Assembly (NCBI GenBank): GCA_024278055.1
Contig: JAJRTY010000167.1
Span: 28,338 to 92,337 of the forward strand
From: Alphaproteobacteria bacterium
GTDB taxonomy: Bacteria; Pseudomonadota; Alphaproteobacteria; Rhizobiales; JAJFHR01
Direction of reading: 5' to 3'
Length of the DNA stretch: 64,000 nt
The position numbers and the translations under genes were made by a program. Below are positions 41,777-50,347 of this stretch, one piece after another. Position 1 is the stretch's first letter. The number at the start of each line of letters is the position of its first letter. The notes beneath the pieces were generated by a model that worked only from the letters and a program-made list of their open reading frames with translations, did no database searches and had not been told where the DNA came from.

Positions 41777-42910
41777 TTAAGGATTTATCGGCTCGACACG
41801 TAATATGCGACCGTTGGCGGAATCGGTCAGCAGATATAAAAACCCGTCAGGCCCCTGGCGTACGTCACGAATACGCTCATCAAGTTTTGCCAAAATCCGC
41901 TCTTCGGCAACGATGGTCTCGCCCTTCAAAACCAGGCGCACAACCAGCCGGGATTTAAGCGCCCCGATAAACAGGTTCCCCCGCCATTTGGCAAACCTGT
42001 CCCCAGTATAAAACGCCATGCCTGAAGGGGCAATAGAGGGATCCCAGTAATAGATCGGTTGCTCAAGGCCGGGCTTTCTGGTTCCCACACCAATTTTCTT
42101 GCCGGAATAGTATTCTCCATAGGAAATTATCGGCCAACCATAGTTTTTTCCAGCCTCGGGCACATTGATCTCATCTCCCCCCTGGGCACCGTGTTCATGT
42201 ATCCATAATTTACCGGTCTCAGGATGAAGGGCAGCTCCCTGGGGATTGCGATGCCCCAGCGACCAGACTTCCGGGCGGTAGCCTGCCCGCCCGACAAATG
42301 GATTGTCTTGCGGGATCGATCCATCCCGATTAATGCGTATCACCTGGCCACGGTTAATGCTGAAATCCTGAACCCGCTCTCGTTGTGCCCTGTCCCCGAT
42401 GGTAAAAAACAGCGTATTGTCGCGGGCTAAAACCAGTCGCGAGCCAAAGTGCCGCCCGCCCTCACTTTTGGGCCACGCCCTGAAAATCACCTTCACATCT
42501 GTCAGTTGCAGGTTCTTTAAATCCAGCCGCGCACGGGCAACAGCTGTGGCACCACCGCCTTTTCCGGGCTCGGCATATGAAAAGTAAATCGTATAATTGT
42601 TTTTAAAATCACGATCAGGCAACACATCAAGCATACCGCCCTGTCCCTGCGCATAAACATCGGGCACGCCTTTAAGGGGGGCTGAGACCACACCTTTCGG
42701 CGATACCAGTCGCAACGTGCCGCCAAGTTCGGAAACAATCATTGAGCCAGATGGCAGAAAAGCCAGACCCCAGGGATACTCCAGCCCCTTGGCTAGTGTG
42801 ACCACTCGCAATCTGTAATCCTGGCTCTGGTAAATCTCCACCGGCTGGGCAAGGAGCGTTTGAGTAAAACTGATGGCCAGAAACAGGCTCAAAAATATTC
42901 GATATTGCAT
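41777..42910 (-). CDS. PQQ-dependent sugar dehydrogenase (YliI/Asd-like)
   Basis: Signal peptide; PWGLAFLP, GQGGMLD, HFGSR, GHRNPQG, EHGAQGGDEIN, NYGWP, RIRDVRQGPDG. Confidence 0.92.
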   Translation of the reverse strand: MQYRIFLSLFLAISFTQTLLAQPVEIYQSQDYRLRVVTLAKGLEYPWGLAFLPSGSMIVSELGGTLRLVSPKGVVSAPLKGVPDVYAQGQGGMLDVLPDRDFKNNYTIYFSYAEPGKGGGATAVARARLDLKNLQLTDVKVIFRAWPKSEGGRHFGSRLVLARDNTLFFTIGDRAQRERVQDFSINRGQVIRINRDGSIPQDNPFVGRAGYRPEVWSLGHRNPQGAALHPETGKLWIHEHGAQGGDEINVPEAGKNYGWPIISYGEYYSGKKIGVGTRKPGLEQPIYYWDPSIAPSGMAFYTGDRFAKWRGNLFIGALKSRLVVRLVLKGETIVAEERILAKLDERIRDVRQGPDGFLYLLTDSANGRILRVEPINP

Positions 42911-43052
42911 AATCGGCAGAGTATCATTGCCGGGCCAACATGCAAATCATTCAACTGGATAGGGAAAACTGAATTTCAGATTTTTGCCTGAATGCTAAAA
43001 GGAGTATCATTGATGAAACTCCCGAGTTACGCCAGCACGGAAAGCCAACACA

Positions 43053-43838
43053 ATGACACGAAAAATAAATTTGAATGCCGACATGGGCGAAGGCTTTGGT
43101 GCCTATGACATCGGCAATGACGATGGTCTGATACAAATCATCAAATCTGCCAATATCGCTTGTGGATTTCATGCCGGCGATCCCGATGTCATGCATCGAA
43201 ATGTCATGGCAGCAAAGGCCCGCGGCGTCAGTATTGGTGCCCACCCCGGTTTCAATGACCTGTGGGGTTTTGGCCGCAGAAAAATTGATATGTCCCTGTC
43301 AGCACTTGAACATGCTATCACTTATCAGATCGGTGCCCTGCAGGCTATCGCTGCTTATTCTGGCCTCAAGGTAACGCACCTGAAAGCCCATGGCGCGCTC
43401 GCCAATATGGCCGCAGTCGACAAGGAAATGGCACTGGCCATCGGCCGCGCCATAAAGGTCGTTGACCCCGATATTATTTATGTGGCACTGGCCGGCTCAC
43501 AAATGGAGACCGCCGCCAATGAGCTTGGTCTTAGGCTGGCCCGCGAGGGTTTTGCCGACCGTCAATATGATGATGACGGCAATCTTGCCTCACGAAAACT
43601 CGACGGAGCCGTGTTTAAAGATCCAGAAGTGGCCCTGAAACAGGTGTTGCGCATGGTCGAGCACGGAGAAATCGTCACCCGCAGCGGGAAAATTATCCAA
43701 TGCCGGATCGACACCATTTGCGTCCATGGCGATGAACCCACCTCTTTGGCGGTCGCCCGTCATGTGAGAGAGGGTCTTGAACAAGCCGGTATTGATGTGG
43801 TTACTCTCACCAAAATGGACCTGGATTGTGAAAATTAA
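43053..43838 (+). CDS. pxpA: 5-oxoprolinase subunit A (LamB/YcsF)
   Basis: LNADMGEGFG, SANIACGFHAGDP, GAHPG, HLKAHGAL, EGFADR.Y, TICVHGD. Confidence 0.93.
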   Translation: MTRKINLNADMGEGFGAYDIGNDDGLIQIIKSANIACGFHAGDPDVMHRNVMAAKARGVSIGAHPGFNDLWGFGRRKIDMSLSALEHAITYQIGALQAIAAYSGLKVTHLKAHGALANMAAVDKEMALAIGRAIKVVDPDIIYVALAGSQMETAANELGLRLAREGFADRQYDDDGNLASRKLDGAVFKDPEVALKQVLRMVEHGEIVTRSGKIIQCRIDTICVHGDEPTSLAVARHVREGLEQAGIDVVTLTKMDLDCEN

Positions 43839-44544
43839 CGCCTCTGGCGACACCGCCGTCATTGTAGAGTTCGGCGACAAGGTTGATCGCAATCTTTCAG
43901 ATCTGGTGTTGAGTGCGGCGACAATTTTGTCAAATTCAAAGCTCACCGGCGTCATTGAAGTCATTCCCACTTTTCGCTCTCTCATGGTGCAGTATGACCC
44001 TCTGGTTACCACTGCCACCCAGGTGATCGCCCGGATTACTCCGCTGATTGGCACCACCGGCAACGACAGAACTTATGCACGAAAATGGTCGATACCCGTA
44101 TGTTATGAGGAAGAATTCGCCGCCGATATCGCCGAAGTAGCCGCCGCCACCGGCCAGACAATTGAACAGGTTGTCAGATTACATAGCGACGTTTCATATC
44201 ACGTCTATATGTTAGGGTTTCTCCCCGGCTTTCCCTACCTCGGAGATCTGGCACAAGCCCTGCACCTGCCGCGGCGCACCAACCCCAGAACCCGTGTGCC
44301 CAAAGGCTCAATCTCGATAGCAACCTCGCTCACCTCAATCTATCCCTTCGAAAGCCCTGGCGGCTGGCATTTGATCGGCACCACACCGGTAGAGTTGTTT
44401 GATTACAACAAAACACCGCCTGCCCTGTTTACTCCCGGTGACCAGTTAAAGTTTGAGGCGGTTTCCAGATCAGAGTTTCTCGACATATCAAAAAAGATAT
44501 CAGCAGGAAAATACAACCTTGAACCTGTAGAGCTTGCGACATGA
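43828..44544 (+). CDS. pxpB: 5-oxoprolinase subunit B (KipI-like)
   Basis: GDTAVIVEFG, YMLGFLPGFPYL, PR.RVPKGS, YP..SPGGWHLIG; GTG start overlaps pxpA. Confidence 0.92.
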   Translation: MKINASGDTAVIVEFGDKVDRNLSDLVLSAATILSNSKLTGVIEVIPTFRSLMVQYDPLVTTATQVIARITPLIGTTGNDRTYARKWSIPVCYEEEFAADIAEVAAATGQTIEQVVRLHSDVSYHVYMLGFLPGFPYLGDLAQALHLPRRTNPRTRVPKGSISIATSLTSIYPFESPGGWHLIGTTPVELFDYNKTPPALFTPGDQLKFEAVSRSEFLDISKKISAGKYNLEPVELAT

Positions 44545-45587
44545 CCTCGGCGCTGAAAACCTGTGCCCCCGGCGTTCATACAAGTGTTCAGGATTTTGGC
44601 CGCACCGGATATCGCCACCTCGGTGTACCAACATCGGGCGCGCTGTGTCGAAGCGATCTCAGGCTGGTCAACCGGCTGGTCGGCAATTGCGCCAACACTG
44701 CGGGACTGGAAATCATATTTCAGGGACCGGCCTTCGAAGTCCTTGCCGACAGCATGCGAATTGCGCTCAGTGGTACCGGTGGCACAATTCAGGTATCAGG
44801 CATGCCTGCAACCACTTTTCCCGCGTGGCAAAGTGTGCGCCTTGTGCGGGGACAAAAATTTAAAATCACCATCGCCCCCGATCTCGCCTGTTGTTATCTC
44901 GCCATCGAAGGTGGTTTTGATTTAGCCCCTGTCATGGGCTCCCTGTCCACCTACACCCGCGCAGCCTTCGGCGGCTACCGGGGCAGAATTCTGGCGGCAG
45001 GCGATGAAATTCCACTTGGGTTAAATTCCGTCGACGATAGCGGGGAACAGACTTTTGCCACCCTACCTGATCCGGCCAAAGACGCCCCTGTTCGCATTAC
45101 CTGGGGCCAACAGGTGGAATATTTCACAACTGCCGGTCGTGCAGCATTTATCTCCCGGGAATATACTATTCTGCCAGCATCAGACCGGATGGGGTATCGT
45201 CTGTCCGGTGCCACGCTCGAACATAAATACAGCTTCAATATTGTCTCGGACGCAACCTGCGTTGGCACCATTCAGGTTCCCGGAGATGGTGCGCCTATTA
45301 TTCTGCTGGCGGATTGCCAGACCACCGGCGGATATCCCAAAATAGCAACGGTAATTTCCAGTGATATTGAAGTGCTGGCGCGTCGGCCACCGGGCAGCAA
45401 GGTGCGCTTTTCAGCGGTGAGCGTGAGTGACGCCGAAACCATTGCCCGTGATCATGAAGCAGCCATTGGCACAATCGAGAACAGCCTGATATCCCTGTCA
45501 CATAGTTCCGGCCTTGATGTTGATGCGCTGTACGAAGCCAACCTGATCAGTGGCATGTTCGATGCCGAAAACCCGCAATCGGACTAA
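44541..45587 (+). CDS. pxpC: 5-oxoprolinase subunit C (KipA-like)
   Basis: SVQDFGR.GY..LGVP.SG, SDRMGYRL, GTIQVP..G.PIILL.D.QTTGGYPKI; ATGA overlap. Confidence 0.92.
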   Translation: MTSALKTCAPGVHTSVQDFGRTGYRHLGVPTSGALCRSDLRLVNRLVGNCANTAGLEIIFQGPAFEVLADSMRIALSGTGGTIQVSGMPATTFPAWQSVRLVRGQKFKITIAPDLACCYLAIEGGFDLAPVMGSLSTYTRAAFGGYRGRILAAGDEIPLGLNSVDDSGEQTFATLPDPAKDAPVRITWGQQVEYFTTAGRAAFISREYTILPASDRMGYRLSGATLEHKYSFNIVSDATCVGTIQVPGDGAPIILLADCQTTGGYPKIATVISSDIEVLARRPPGSKVRFSAVSVSDAETIARDHEAAIGTIENSLISLSHSSGLDVDALYEANLISGMFDAENPQSD

Positions 45588-45717
45588 AAATTCTCAACCC
45601 GCTGATCATGGTCATTTGCGCCCGTTAAACATCTCGCCAAGAAATACCCCCATAGCGGGCATCGCTGTGTATATTCCCGTTTAACAGTTTAACGCTCCAA
45701 TTTCTCAAAGAACTAAT

Positions 45718-46338
45718 ATGACCACATGCACAATCGGCTTGCTCGTCTTTGACGATGTAGATGAACTTGACTTCATCGGCCCCCTGGAAGTCTTCAACAC
45801 GATGGACGACATTGCCGCAAAAACCGGCATCGGCTCAGCCAATAAAACCCTGTTCATTTCTCTGAGTGGCAAAGATATTATTGGCACTAAAGGCCTGCGC
45901 ATTGCAGTGGATTACGCGCTTTTTGATGCCCCTCAACTTGATGTTCTGTGCGTTCCTGGCGGCCGCGGCTTAAGTCGCAAAATTCACAACAGGGAACTGC
46001 TGGACTGGATTGCCTCCAAAGCACCGGAATGCACCTGGATTGCCGGATTAAATGCCGGTGTCAATCTCCTATCGGCAGCTGGACTGACCGGCAACAAAAA
46101 GCTTGCAACCCATTGGTTCGCCCAACACGATTTCGCTCAAGCAGGCTTCAGGAACGACAAAAATGCCCACCCGGCTTATGTTCGCGACGGCAATCTTCTC
46201 ACCTCTACCGGCGTTTCCTCCGGCATAGACATGAGCCTGTGGCTGATTGGACGATTGCATTCAATACCGCTTGCCCTCGCCACCCAAAAAGCCATAAATC
46301 ATCAACGCCAACCGGCCAATATCGCCCTTGTTCAATGA
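45718..46338 (+). CDS. DJ-1/PfpI family protein lacking the catalytic cysteine
   Basis: ELDFIGPLEVF, DVLCVPGG, THW, TGVSSGIDM. The nucleophile elbow reads AGLNAG instead of SVCTG. Confidence 0.85.
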   Translation: MTTCTIGLLVFDDVDELDFIGPLEVFNTMDDIAAKTGIGSANKTLFISLSGKDIIGTKGLRIAVDYALFDAPQLDVLCVPGGRGLSRKIHNRELLDWIASKAPECTWIAGLNAGVNLLSAAGLTGNKKLATHWFAQHDFAQAGFRNDKNAHPAYVRDGNLLTSTGVSSGIDMSLWLIGRLHSIPLALATQKAINHQRQPANIALVQ

Positions 46339-46411
46339 TTCAAATTTATATGGCCGAAATAATGGGGTATTTGTCATTTAAGCCACAGGTCATTTGGGTT
46401 ATGAATAAATT

Positions 46412-47416
46412 ATGGCTGAAATCGCACCCAATCATCGCAAGGTTTTCTTTGTAATCTTTCCCGATTATCAGGTGATTGACGTCGCCGGACCGATGGAGGC
46501 ATTCGGCAAGGCTAACGATTATGCTGGCGATTATGCCATAAGCCTGCTGGCAAAACAGGCCGGTCCGATACAATCAAGCGGTCCGGTAACCCTGGTTGCC
46601 GACAGGTCATATCTGGAGGTAACTGAGCCGGACCTGCTGGATCTCGACACACTTATTGTCTGTGGTGGCGAAGGGGCAAATCGCGCCCTCACCGACAAGC
46701 ATCTCATCGATTTCATCACCTGCGCTTCTCAACAGGCCAGAAGAGTGGTTTCAATCTGCACCGGCGCGCTTATTCTGGCGCAAGCAGGATTACTCGATGG
46801 GCGGCGCGCTACAACCCATTGGGACAGCGTCGATCTATTGGCCCGGAACTATCCTGAAATCAAAGTTGAAAGCGATCCTATTTATGTTTGTGACGGCAAG
46901 TACTGGACGTCCGCCGGAGTTACAGCGGGAATTGATTTAAGCCTCGCCCTGATTGAAAAAGACTTGGGCGCGCAAACAGCACTGGCGATCGCGCGGCGAC
47001 TGGTCGTCTATATGATGCGCCCGGGAGGTCAGTCACAATTTTCCGCTCAGCTGAAATTCCAGCGCCCCAAACAAAATCGCCTGTCATCACTGATCGAATG
47101 GATTGAGCTCAACCCGGCGCAAGATCTGGGCATCACCGCACTGGCGGCGCGCTGTGCCATGTCCGAGCGCCACTTTGCTCGCTGCTTCGCTGAAGAAGTC
47201 GGCATTACCCCGGCCAGATTTGTTGAACAATCCCGGCTTGAACAGGCCCGTCGCCTGCTTGAGCAGACAGATGAAACCATCGAACGCATAGCTCATGATT
47301 GCGGCTTTGGCTCGACAGAGATTTTACGACGCACATTCCAGCGTCATCTTCATCTTGCCCCTTCTGATTATCGCCACCGTTTTGGCACGTCTTTAAGAAA
47401 AGGAATTTCAACATGA
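46412..47416 (+). CDS. GlxA-family AraC regulator (DJ-1 domain + double HTH)
   Basis: SICTGA, GRRATTHW, TSAGVTAGID, RPGGQSQFS, MSERHFAR.F, IA..CGF. Confidence 0.92.
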   Translation: MAEIAPNHRKVFFVIFPDYQVIDVAGPMEAFGKANDYAGDYAISLLAKQAGPIQSSGPVTLVADRSYLEVTEPDLLDLDTLIVCGGEGANRALTDKHLIDFITCASQQARRVVSICTGALILAQAGLLDGRRATTHWDSVDLLARNYPEIKVESDPIYVCDGKYWTSAGVTAGIDLSLALIEKDLGAQTALAIARRLVVYMMRPGGQSQFSAQLKFQRPKQNRLSSLIEWIELNPAQDLGITALAARCAMSERHFARCFAEEVGITPARFVEQSRLEQARRLLEQTDETIERIAHDCGFGSTEILRRTFQRHLHLAPSDYRHRFGTSLRKGIST

Positions 47417-48024
47417 CAACTCAAACCATCGGCCTGCTCCTCTTTGACCGGGCGGAAGAACTCGACTTTGTCGGCCCTTTCGAGGTTTTCACCATGTTCA
47501 GCGAAGTTGCCAGAAAACAAGGGCTTGATGTCAAAAATAATGTGGTGCTGATTTCCCAAACCGGAAAAGACATCACCGGCGCCAAAGGCATGCGTATTGG
47601 CATTGATTGTGCCATTGATAATGCGCCGAAACTCGATGTTCTGTGCATTCCCGGCGGTAATGGCACGCGCACTGAAATCCGCAATCAGAGGCTTCTCGAC
47701 TGGGTGGCGCAGACAGCTGCGCAATGCTCCTGGGTCACAAGCGTCTGCACCGGCTCATTTATTCTGGCTGCAGCAGGTCTGACTGAAGGTAAAAACATCA
47801 CCACCCATTGGGCGGCGACAGAAGAGTTCTTTGAACTCGGCCTTAAAGGCAACATGCACAAAAATGTACGCTATATTGACGATGGCAATCTGGTTACCTC
47901 GGCAGGCGTTTCCGCCGGTATCGATATGGCCCTGTGGCTCACCGGTCAGATGTATTCGATTGAACTGGCCCGGGCAACTCAGCGCGCCATGGAATATGAT
48001 CCCGCCCCGCCTTACGCCGAATAA
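47413..48024 (+). CDS. DJ-1/PfpI family protein, isocyanide hydratase (InhA)-like
   Basis: EELDFVGP, SVCTGS with intact Cys, SAGVSAGIDMAL, C-terminal MEYDPAPP. Confidence 0.88.
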   Translation: MTTQTIGLLLFDRAEELDFVGPFEVFTMFSEVARKQGLDVKNNVVLISQTGKDITGAKGMRIGIDCAIDNAPKLDVLCIPGGNGTRTEIRNQRLLDWVAQTAAQCSWVTSVCTGSFILAAAGLTEGKNITTHWAATEEFFELGLKGNMHKNVRYIDDGNLVTSAGVSAGIDMALWLTGQMYSIELARATQRAMEYDPAPPYAE

Positions 48025-49512
48025 TCAAAAATAGCGGTTGAGGCGCAGGGTTATGAGATCATCTTTGCGAAAACCCGCGGCCACATCATTGTCGGGTATA
48101 AACAGTGAAAACCGCGCCTCCAACTCTATTTTCCAACTGTCACCGATGCGCCGCTCAGCCTCCATCGAGACAAAACTCGCACCGGTTTCAACATCCACAA
48201 TCATACCGATCAGCGAGGTTGTGTCCTGCTCATCGTTAAGCGCAAGGCGGGCGCCGGCGAAAATATCATTGTCGGCGAATGTGCCTGGAGCATCGCTACT
48301 GTCACGCCCGTCATATTGATATTCCAGCAGCAGGCCAAGATCGGCCTGACTTTCAAAAATCTGGTACTCGGTATATTCAAATCCGCCAACGGCCGCATAG
48401 AACCTTTTGCCGTGACCCTGGCGTGAAATCGCCTCGAACTTCCACAACCATGCGTCTTTGGTATATTGAACATCAAGACCGGCCTGATTGATAATATCAT
48501 AACGCGGGATCAACACCGGCTGGCCACCGGCACCCGTCCCCAACAACAGGCGCGGCTCGCGGCTGGTGCCATAAAAATGCGACACCCCCACATCCCAGGC
48601 CCCTAAAGTCCTGGACCAGCGCGCGGCAAAATCGACCCGCGACTTACCCGCACCTGACTGAAAGCTGGGATTGTCATCGGCTATAGGTAAAGGCCCGCGA
48701 AAACGGTTGTCATCACCGGGAAATGTGCGTTCGCGAAAACCCGGCAGCACAAACAAACTGAGTGCGCCCCATTTACTATCAACATTGAAGTTGACCATCG
48801 GCTGGCCCAGTTTGTCCTCATTGTCACCATCAAGAACACTGTCGGACTGATTGACGATATCCACCAGCTTGCGCGATTCAGTAACCCCCCAGAAAACCTT
48901 ACTGACCCCCACCAGCACATCCCAACCATTGCCTTGATGAAGAAAACTCAATTCACGAATATCGAAATGGCTGCGGTTGTTATCGTCTTTATCCAGCACC
49001 AGGTACGGTTTGAAAGTGAAACGGTCTTTGCCACCGTTCCAATTATAGATCAGTTCCGGCTCAATGATTAAGGCTGGCGAAAAAGTTGATTTTTTCTGAT
49101 TGGCAAATCCCGGTTTAAAAGGAAAAGTCCTGAGCTCAGCCCCAACTACACCGGTCAGAGAAAAAGGGTCTTCAGGCTTGCCTGGCTCAAGGCTATCTGC
49201 ATCTGACGCTTCATCATCATCATCCCATTCAACACTCAGATCATCTTCGGAATTGCTGGCCGTATCGGTGGCAGCAGGCTTTTCAATATCTTCAATCTCG
49301 CCCCATTCCTCATCCACAAACACATCGTCGTCATCCAGTTCAATGGCCGTTGTCACCTCAGGTTCTGCTGGGGGGTTTGCAGAACCTGAGGTGTCCGCGC
49401 GGGGTGGGCGCGGGGTGGTCGAAGATGTATCCTGACCATAGGCAGCCGAGACAAAGCCACCTGCCATCAGCCAAAACCCGGCCAAGCCAAACCAGAAAGA
49501 TCGTGGCACCAC
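48025..49512 (-). CDS. Putative outer-membrane beta-barrel protein with acidic N-terminal extension
   Basis: Signal peptide, D/E-rich linker, amphipathic beta-strands (DIRELS, VFWGVTE, DIVNQ), terminal ITLRLNRYF Bam-type signal. Confidence 0.75.
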   Translation of the reverse strand: MVPRSFWFGLAGFWLMAGGFVSAAYGQDTSSTTPRPPRADTSGSANPPAEPEVTTAIELDDDDVFVDEEWGEIEDIEKPAATDTASNSEDDLSVEWDDDDEASDADSLEPGKPEDPFSLTGVVGAELRTFPFKPGFANQKKSTFSPALIIEPELIYNWNGGKDRFTFKPYLVLDKDDNNRSHFDIRELSFLHQGNGWDVLVGVSKVFWGVTESRKLVDIVNQSDSVLDGDNEDKLGQPMVNFNVDSKWGALSLFVLPGFRERTFPGDDNRFRGPLPIADDNPSFQSGAGKSRVDFAARWSRTLGAWDVGVSHFYGTSREPRLLLGTGAGGQPVLIPRYDIINQAGLDVQYTKDAWLWKFEAISRQGHGKRFYAAVGGFEYTEYQIFESQADLGLLLEYQYDGRDSSDAPGTFADNDIFAGARLALNDEQDTTSLIGMIVDVETGASFVSMEAERRIGDSWKIELEARFSLFIPDNDVAAGFRKDDLITLRLNRYF

Positions 49513-49521
49513 TGATATCCT

Positions 49522-50322
49522 CTAACGCGCTCTTTTAAGCTTGGCAGGCGTAAAATCGCTCTCTACCAGACCGGACTTAAACTTGTAATTACTAAAGGTC
49601 AAAGTGGTGCTTTTGCCAGTTTGATGGTTTTTCATTTGCATTTTCAACGCCCGCCAATGCTTGTCCAGATACCGACGGTATTTATTGAGTTTCAGGGTTT
49701 TGAGCAGGGATTTTTTGCGGTCATAATAATCCACCCGCAAGATCCGGTATTCCTTCTGGTCAATCCAGACAACCTGCTTGGTATAGCCGGAGTTTTTGTA
49801 AGTTGGATAACGCTCGGTCTTAAAGCATGTCAGCTTGCCGCATTTTACATCCTTGATCCATTTGTAGGTATAGCGCTCAACCTCATTACTCAAAAGATCC
49901 TCATAAGCAAATTCGCTGCCGACAAACGGGCCCGATTTATTACTGGATGAAATTCTTTTCACCCGTTTGATAGCCGGTAAAAAAAGCCACTGATCATCGG
50001 GTTCCAGTATTTTTGTGTGCGACAGTAATGCCGTTCCCCTGATGTCACCGGGGCGGTCGAATACCGTCATGCTGCGATCACCAAGGCCGGGGGCATTGAC
50101 TTCAAACGACAGGGTTCTGAGCTCACGGGTACTGGATTGACCCTGGCGGTTTTTCAAAACCATTTTCAAGGTCGCCGTACTATCGCCCCACCCCAGATCG
50201 CGGCGATCGACTTCCCTGGCAATTTCCAGTCCCTTTTGCTGGGCTGATTGAGCAAGAACCTGTGTGTTTGTCACCACCACCAATGTGCCGGCAAGAATAA
50301 GGAGACCAGATAATTTTTTCAT
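49522..50322 (-). CDS. LolA-like outer membrane lipoprotein-sorting protein
   Basis: Signal peptide; F..PGDIRGTALL, DDQWLFLPAIKRVKRI, F.GSEFAYEDL, YYDRK..LLK. Confidence 0.88.
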   Translation of the reverse strand: MKKLSGLLILAGTLVVVTNTQVLAQSAQQKGLEIAREVDRRDLGWGDSTATLKMVLKNRQGQSSTRELRTLSFEVNAPGLGDRSMTVFDRPGDIRGTALLSHTKILEPDDQWLFLPAIKRVKRISSSNKSGPFVGSEFAYEDLLSNEVERYTYKWIKDVKCGKLTCFKTERYPTYKNSGYTKQVVWIDQKEYRILRVDYYDRKKSLLKTLKLNKYRRYLDKHWRALKMQMKNHQTGKSTTLTFSNYKFKSGLVESDFTPAKLKRAR

Positions 50323-50347
50323 AAGATGTATGTTCCGTTTTTCTAAT

